Assembly (NCBI GenBank): GCA_041496385.1
Contig: JBGQEL010000137.1
Span: 1-10,726 of the forward strand
Length of the DNA stretch: 10,726 nucleotides
Reading direction: 5' to 3'
Source: Candidatus Methylomirabilia bacterium
GTDB taxonomy: Bacteria; Methylomirabilota; Methylomirabilia; Rokubacteriales; CSP1-6
The notes under the pieces were generated by a model. The model was not told the origin of the DNA. It made no database searches and worked only from the letters and a program-made list of their open reading frames with translations. The position numbers and the translations under genes were made by a program. This document shows positions 6,984 through 10,726 of the stretch, piece by piece. Each line of letters begins with the position of its first letter. Position 1 is the first letter of the stretch.

Positions 6984-8585
6984 ATGAGACTCGACAGACT
7001 TGCGTGCGTCGTCGCCCTGGCCGTCCTGGTGACGGCCGCTCCCGTCGCGGCCCAGACGTTCGTGTTCGGCGCCCAGGGGGAGCCCGTGCAGCTCGATCCC
7101 GCCATCATTACCGACGGGATCTCCTCGCGCATCACCCGCCAGATCTACGACGGGCTGGTGAAGTACAGGGGCGCCACCACCGAGGTGGAGCCGGCGCTGG
7201 CCCAGTCGTGGGAGGCGTCGCCGGACGCCAAGGTGTGGATCTTCCACCTCCGCCAAAACGTGAAGTTTCACGACGGCACGCCGCTCGATGCCCGGGCGGT
7301 GGTCTGGAACTTCGAGCGCTGGTGGAAGACGAGCCACCCGCAGCACGACAACCAGACGAAGGCCGGACAGACCTTCGAGTACTGGGAGGGGCAGTTCGGC
7401 GGCTTCGACGACAAGTCGATCGTCACCAAGGTGGAGGCCACCGGCCCGCTCACCGTGCGCATCATGCTCAAGGAGCCCCAGGCGCCGTTCCTGGCCAACC
7501 TTGCCATGTTCGTCTTCGACATCGCCAGCCCGGCCGCGGTGGAGAAGTGGGGCACGGACTTCGGCAAGCACCCCGTGGGTACGGGCGCCTACAAGTTCGT
7601 CGAGTGGAAACCCAACCAGGAAGTCGTTCTGGAGGCGAACCCCGACTACTGGGGCGTGAAGGCCAAGGTCAAGCGCGTGGTCGTCCGCAACATCAAGGAC
7701 AGCTCGCAGCGGCTGGGCGCGCTCAAGGCGGGCGAGATCCACGGCATGGAAGGGCTCAATCCCGACGACGTGGCCGTGGTGAAGCGCGATCCGGCCCTGC
7801 AAGTCCTGCTGCGCCCCACCAACACCACCGGCTACATCGCCTTCAACTACAAGGTGAAGGAGTTCCAGGACAAGCGCGTGCGTCAGGCCTTCGAGCACGC
7901 CATCAACCGCAAGGCCATCGTCGACGCGCTGTACGGCGGTACCGGCCTGGCAGCCACGCAGTTCCAGCCGCCGCCGCTCTGGGGCTACAACAAGGACCTC
8001 AAGGGCTACGAGTACAGCCCGGCCAGGGCGCAGGAGCTACTCAAGCAGGCCGGGCTCGGGGCGGGCTTGTCGACGGTCACGTGGGACGACGGCAAGAAGG
8101 AGCCGCTGGTGTTCTGGTACATGTCCCGCTCGCGGCCGTACTTTCCCAACCCCAAGGAGATCGCCGAGGCCACGGCAGTTGACCTCGCCAAGGTCGGCAT
8201 CAAGGCCCAGCTGCAGACGGCTGAGTGGGCCGTGTACCTGGACAAGCGCAAGAACGGGCAGATGCCGCTCTACATGCTGGGCTGGACGGGTGACAACGGC
8301 GACCCCGACAACTTCCTCTGCTACTTCTTCTGCGCGCCGGGGGTCTCGCGCGAGGGCTTCTACGCCAACCCGCCGCTGAGCGACGTGCTGCTCCGAGCCC
8401 AGAAGCTCACCGTCCAGACGGAGCGCGCGAAGCTCTACCGGCAGGCCGAGCAGATGCTGCACGACGACGCCGGGCGGCTGTTCATCGCCAACAACCAGCC
8501 GCCGCTGGCCTTCGCCAAGCGTGTGAAGGGTTACGTCACGCACCCCACGGGCTCGGAGTACTTCAATACCGTCGAGTTGCAGTAG
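6984..8585 (+). CDS. dppA: Peptide ABC transporter substrate-binding protein, family 5 (DppA-like)
   Basis: Start reassigned from 6945 to ATG 6984 (AGGAGG at 6970-6975), giving 533 aa. Signal peptide ends at AAPVAA|QT. Motifs LDPA, EPALAQSWE, LRQNVKFHDGTPLDA, PVGTGAYKF, RPYFPN and GWTGDNGDPDNF. Confidence 0.9.
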   Translation: MRLDRLACVVALAVLVTAAPVAAQTFVFGAQGEPVQLDPAIITDGISSRITRQIYDGLVKYRGATTEVEPALAQSWEASPDAKVWIFHLRQNVKFHDGTPLDARAVVWNFERWWKTSHPQHDNQTKAGQTFEYWEGQFGGFDDKSIVTKVEATGPLTVRIMLKEPQAPFLANLAMFVFDIASPAAVEKWGTDFGKHPVGTGAYKFVEWKPNQEVVLEANPDYWGVKAKVKRVVVRNIKDSSQRLGALKAGEIHGMEGLNPDDVAVVKRDPALQVLLRPTNTTGYIAFNYKVKEFQDKRVRQAFEHAINRKAIVDALYGGTGLAATQFQPPPLWGYNKDLKGYEYSPARAQELLKQAGLGAGLSTVTWDDGKKEPLVFWYMSRSRPYFPNPKEIAEATAVDLAKVGIKAQLQTAEWAVYLDKRKNGQMPLYMLGWTGDNGDPDNFLCYFFCAPGVSREGFYANPPLSDVLLRAQKLTVQTERAKLYRQAEQMLHDDAGRLFIANNQPPLAFAKRVKGYVTHPTGSEYFNTVELQ

Positions 8586-8614
8586 CGCCGCGGCGCCGTG
8601 ACGAGGAGGGCACG

Positions 8615-9616
8615 GTGACGCGGTACGCGATCGGGCGCGCGCTGACCGTCATTCCCGTGCTCGTCGGCGTGTCCCTCCTCGTCTTCGGCTTCGTCCACCT
8701 GATCCCGGGGGATCCGGCCCTCACCATGCTGGGCGAGCGGGCGACGCCCGAGAAGGTTCTGGAGATCCGGGCCCGCCTCGGGCTCGACCGGCCGCTGTGG
8801 GAGCAGTACCTCCTGTACATGGGCAAGGTGCTGCACGGCGATCTCGGCGTGTCGATCGTCCGCGGCGATCCCGTCGCCACCGACCTCTGGCGGCGGTTCC
8901 CGGCCACGGTGGAGCTGGCCGGGACGGCCATCATCCTGGCCACCCTGATCGGCGTTCCCCTCGGCATGGTGTGCGCGGTGTGGCGCAACTCGCTGCTCGA
9001 CAGCCTGGCGCGGGTGGGGGCGCTCACCGGCGTGTCGATGCCGATCTTCTGGCTGGGCCTGGTGCTGGCGTGGGTCTTCGGCGTGCAGCTCGGGCTGCTG
9101 CCGACGGGCTTCCGGCTCGACAGCGAGACGACCTTCCGGCCGGTGACGAACTTCGTGATCCCGGACGCCCTGCTGCAACGCGAGTGGGCCGTGCTCGGCG
9201 ACGCCCTCCGCCACCTGATCCTGCCGGCGGTGGCCCTGGCCACGATTCCGCTCGCCGTCATCACCCGCATGACGCGGGCGAGCCTCCTGGAGGAGCTGTC
9301 GCGCGACTACATCCGGACGGCCCAGGCCAAGGGCCTCTCGCAGGTCGTGGTGATCGCGCGCCACGGCCTGCAGAACGCGCTGCTCCCCGTGCTCACCGTG
9401 ATTGGGCTGCAGACCGGGCGGCTGCTGGCGGGCGCCATCCTCACGGAGACGATCTTCTCCTGGCCGGGCATCGGGCTCTGGGTCTACGAGTCGATCGAGT
9501 CCCGCGACTACGCGATCGTGCAGGGCGCCACGCTGTTCATCGCGGTGATCGTGGTGGCGGTGAACCTGGTCACGGACGTGCTCTACGCCGTGGCCGATCC
9601 GCGCATCAAGTACTGA
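8615..9616 (+). CDS. dppB: Peptide ABC transporter permease (DppB/OppB family)
   Basis: 333 aa. GTG start with AGGAGG at 8604-8609. Motifs IPGDPA, LGLDRPLWEQY, GDLGVS, RFPATVELA, SMPIFWLG, DYIRTAQAKGL, TETIFSWPGIG, RDYAIVQG and DPRIKY. Confidence 0.93.
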   Translation: MTRYAIGRALTVIPVLVGVSLLVFGFVHLIPGDPALTMLGERATPEKVLEIRARLGLDRPLWEQYLLYMGKVLHGDLGVSIVRGDPVATDLWRRFPATVELAGTAIILATLIGVPLGMVCAVWRNSLLDSLARVGALTGVSMPIFWLGLVLAWVFGVQLGLLPTGFRLDSETTFRPVTNFVIPDALLQREWAVLGDALRHLILPAVALATIPLAVITRMTRASLLEELSRDYIRTAQAKGLSQVVVIARHGLQNALLPVLTVIGLQTGRLLAGAILTETIFSWPGIGLWVYESIESRDYAIVQGATLFIAVIVVAVNLVTDVLYAVADPRIKY

Positions 9617-10524
9617 TGGCGACCGCGGAGGCGGCGGCGGTCAGCGTGCCGGCGCCGGCGATCGGTCGTCGTAGCGCCCATCCGGCCGCCGCCGCCTGGC
9701 GCCGGCTCATCGCGAGCCCGGTGGCGCGCGCCGGGCTCGTCATCGTCAGCGTGTTCGTCCTCATGGCGGTGGTGACGCCGCTCGTCCATTTCTACGACGC
9801 CAAGACCGACGGCAACCTGGCCCTGCGGCTCAAGCCGCCCACGCTGGCGCACCCGTTCGGCACGGACACGCTGGGCCGCGACCTCGTCGTCCGCATGCTG
9901 CACGCCACGCGCGTGACGCTGGGGCTGGCGGTGAGCGCGGTCGCGGTCGCCGCGCTCGTGGGCTCGCTCATCGGACTCGTCGCGGGGTATGTGGGAGAGC
10001 GGATCGACATGGTGCTGATGCTCGGCATGGACATCCTGCTGGCTTTTCCCGGCACTCTGCTGGCGATCGCCATCGTGGCCATGATGGGCCCCGGCCTGCG
10101 CAACTCGCTCTTCGCCATCAGCCTGGTGTCGATCCCGGCCTATGCGCGGTTGAGTCGGGCGGCCGTGCTCTCGGTGCGGGAGCAGGAATTCGTGGTCGCG
10201 GCGCGCGGCATCGGCGGCAGCGGCCTGCGTGTGCTACTCGGCCACATCGTGCCGAACAGCCTGCCGCCGCTCATCGTGCAGACGACGCTCTCGGTGGCGT
10301 TCGCCATCCTGGAAGCCGCCGCGCTCGGGTTCCTGGGGCTCGGCGCCCAGCCGCCCACGCCGGAGTGGGGCGCCATGCTGGCGGACTCCTACAAGTACTT
10401 CACCAGCGGCGCGTGGTGGGTCTTCCTGTTCCCGGGTGCGGCGATCATGCTGACCGTGCTGGGATTCAACCTGCTCGGCGACGGTCTGCGCGACGCTCTC
10501 GATCCGCGCCTGGGCCCGGGATGA
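9616..10524 (+). CDS. dppC: Peptide ABC transporter permease (DppC/OppC family)
   Basis: Start reassigned from 8797 to ATG 9616, which overlaps the dppB stop (TGATG), giving 302 aa. Motifs HPFGTDTLGRD, EFVVAARGIG, HIVPNSLPPLIVQ, LGFLGLGAQPPTPEWGAML and FNLLGDGLRDALDPR. Confidence 0.93.
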   Translation: MATAEAAAVSVPAPAIGRRSAHPAAAAWRRLIASPVARAGLVIVSVFVLMAVVTPLVHFYDAKTDGNLALRLKPPTLAHPFGTDTLGRDLVVRMLHATRVTLGLAVSAVAVAALVGSLIGLVAGYVGERIDMVLMLGMDILLAFPGTLLAIAIVAMMGPGLRNSLFAISLVSIPAYARLSRAAVLSVREQEFVVAARGIGGSGLRVLLGHIVPNSLPPLIVQTTLSVAFAILEAAALGFLGLGAQPPTPEWGAMLADSYKYFTSGAWWVFLFPGAAIMLTVLGFNLLGDGLRDALDPRLGPG

Positions 10525-10533
10525 GTCACCAGA

Positions 10534-10556
10534 CGCCACCCTCGTTGCGAGTGGCG
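10534..10556 (+). terminator. GC-rich stem-loop after dppC (possible terminator or 3' stabilising hairpin)
   Basis: CGCCA(CC)CTCG-TTG-CGAG-TGGCG forms a 9-bp stem with a 2-nt bulge, beginning 10 nt after the dppC stop. There is no U-tract, so it is not a canonical intrinsic terminator. Confidence 0.3.
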
Positions 10557-10598
10557 AGCAGGAACGCCTGAGTCCGAGGGTTCGGGCGGGCCTGACGG

Positions 10599-10604
10599 TA
10601 TACT
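10599..10604 (+). promoter_or_regulatory. Putative -10 element (TATACT) for a leaderless transcript
   Basis: TATACT fits TANNNT and ends 7 nt before GTG 10612. Confidence 0.55.
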
Positions 10605-10611
10605 CGAAGGC

Positions 10612-10726
10612 GTGGCCGAGGCGCACCGCTACCAGCTCCAGAACGAGGCCGCCAACCGCCTGATCGCCGAGCTGCTCGAGGTGGCCGCGGTTCCGGCGGA
10701 CCGGCGCGGGTGGTTCCAGCAGCTCC
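10612..10726 (+). CDS. N-terminus of a gene running off the window (not in the ORF track); product uncertain, tentatively a LOG/TIGR00730-like protein with an N-terminal extension
   Basis: Open to the window end: MAEAHRYQLQNEAANRLIAELLEVAAVPADRRGWFQQL. Nearly every third codon position is G/C, as in the neighbouring real genes. The family guess is only a recollected resemblance, and no diagnostic motif is visible in 38 codons. Confidence 0.6.
   Translation, partial: MAEAHRYQLQNEAANRLIAELLEVAAVPADRRGWFQQL

Noticed and set aside
427..8182. Alternative-frame plus-strand ORFs (427-1359, 6926-8182 and smaller ones)
   Set aside because: They are Arg/Gly/Pro-rich off-frame translations overlapping pstS and dppA, as expected where stop codons are scarce at high GC.
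485..8543. Long minus-strand ORFs (485-1465, 1414-3357, 4437-5405, 5266-6213, 6143-6934, 6786-7898 and others)
   Set aside because: They are antisense shadows of well-supported high-GC genes, with repetitive R/G/H/D/V-rich composition and no family motifs.
8797..9615. Apparent 575-aa DppC, or a dppB/dppC frameshift fusion
   Set aside because: The first 273 codons are an off-frame reading of dppB. Both permeases are complete, with a normal TGATG junction.
10572..10587. Second small hairpin GTCCGA-GGGT-TCGGGC
   Set aside because: A 6-bp stem with a G-U pair and no U-tract is within chance expectation at this GC content.
1..10726. CRISPR array, tRNA/rRNA, IS/integrase, toxin-antitoxin or defence genes
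   Set aside because: No spaced repeat arrays, RNA-gene signatures or relevant protein motifs were seen. Nearly all bases are accounted for by the transport and regulatory genes.

Overview
High-GC bacterial window, with every credible gene on the + strand. It contains the 3' part of a PhoB/OmpR-family response regulator and a complete phosphate ABC operon, pstS-pstC-pstA-pstB-phoU. The operon is of the Pseudomonas-like 'long permease' type: PstC has a large WD40-like extracytoplasmic domain and PstA has a helical/coiled-coil insert. Next is a dipeptide-type ABC cluster (dppA-dppB-dppC) with no adjacent ATPase genes, then the first 38 codons of a probably leaderless gene. The clearest non-coding signal is an array of 11-bp-phased Pho-box-like repeats upstream of pstS, the first of which contains the regulator's own stop codon. 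I see no mobile element, CRISPR array, RNA gene or defence system. This is mostly core nutrient-acquisition DNA, and the findings are regulatory or architectural rather than a clearly new system. All family assignments come from motif recognition, not database searches.
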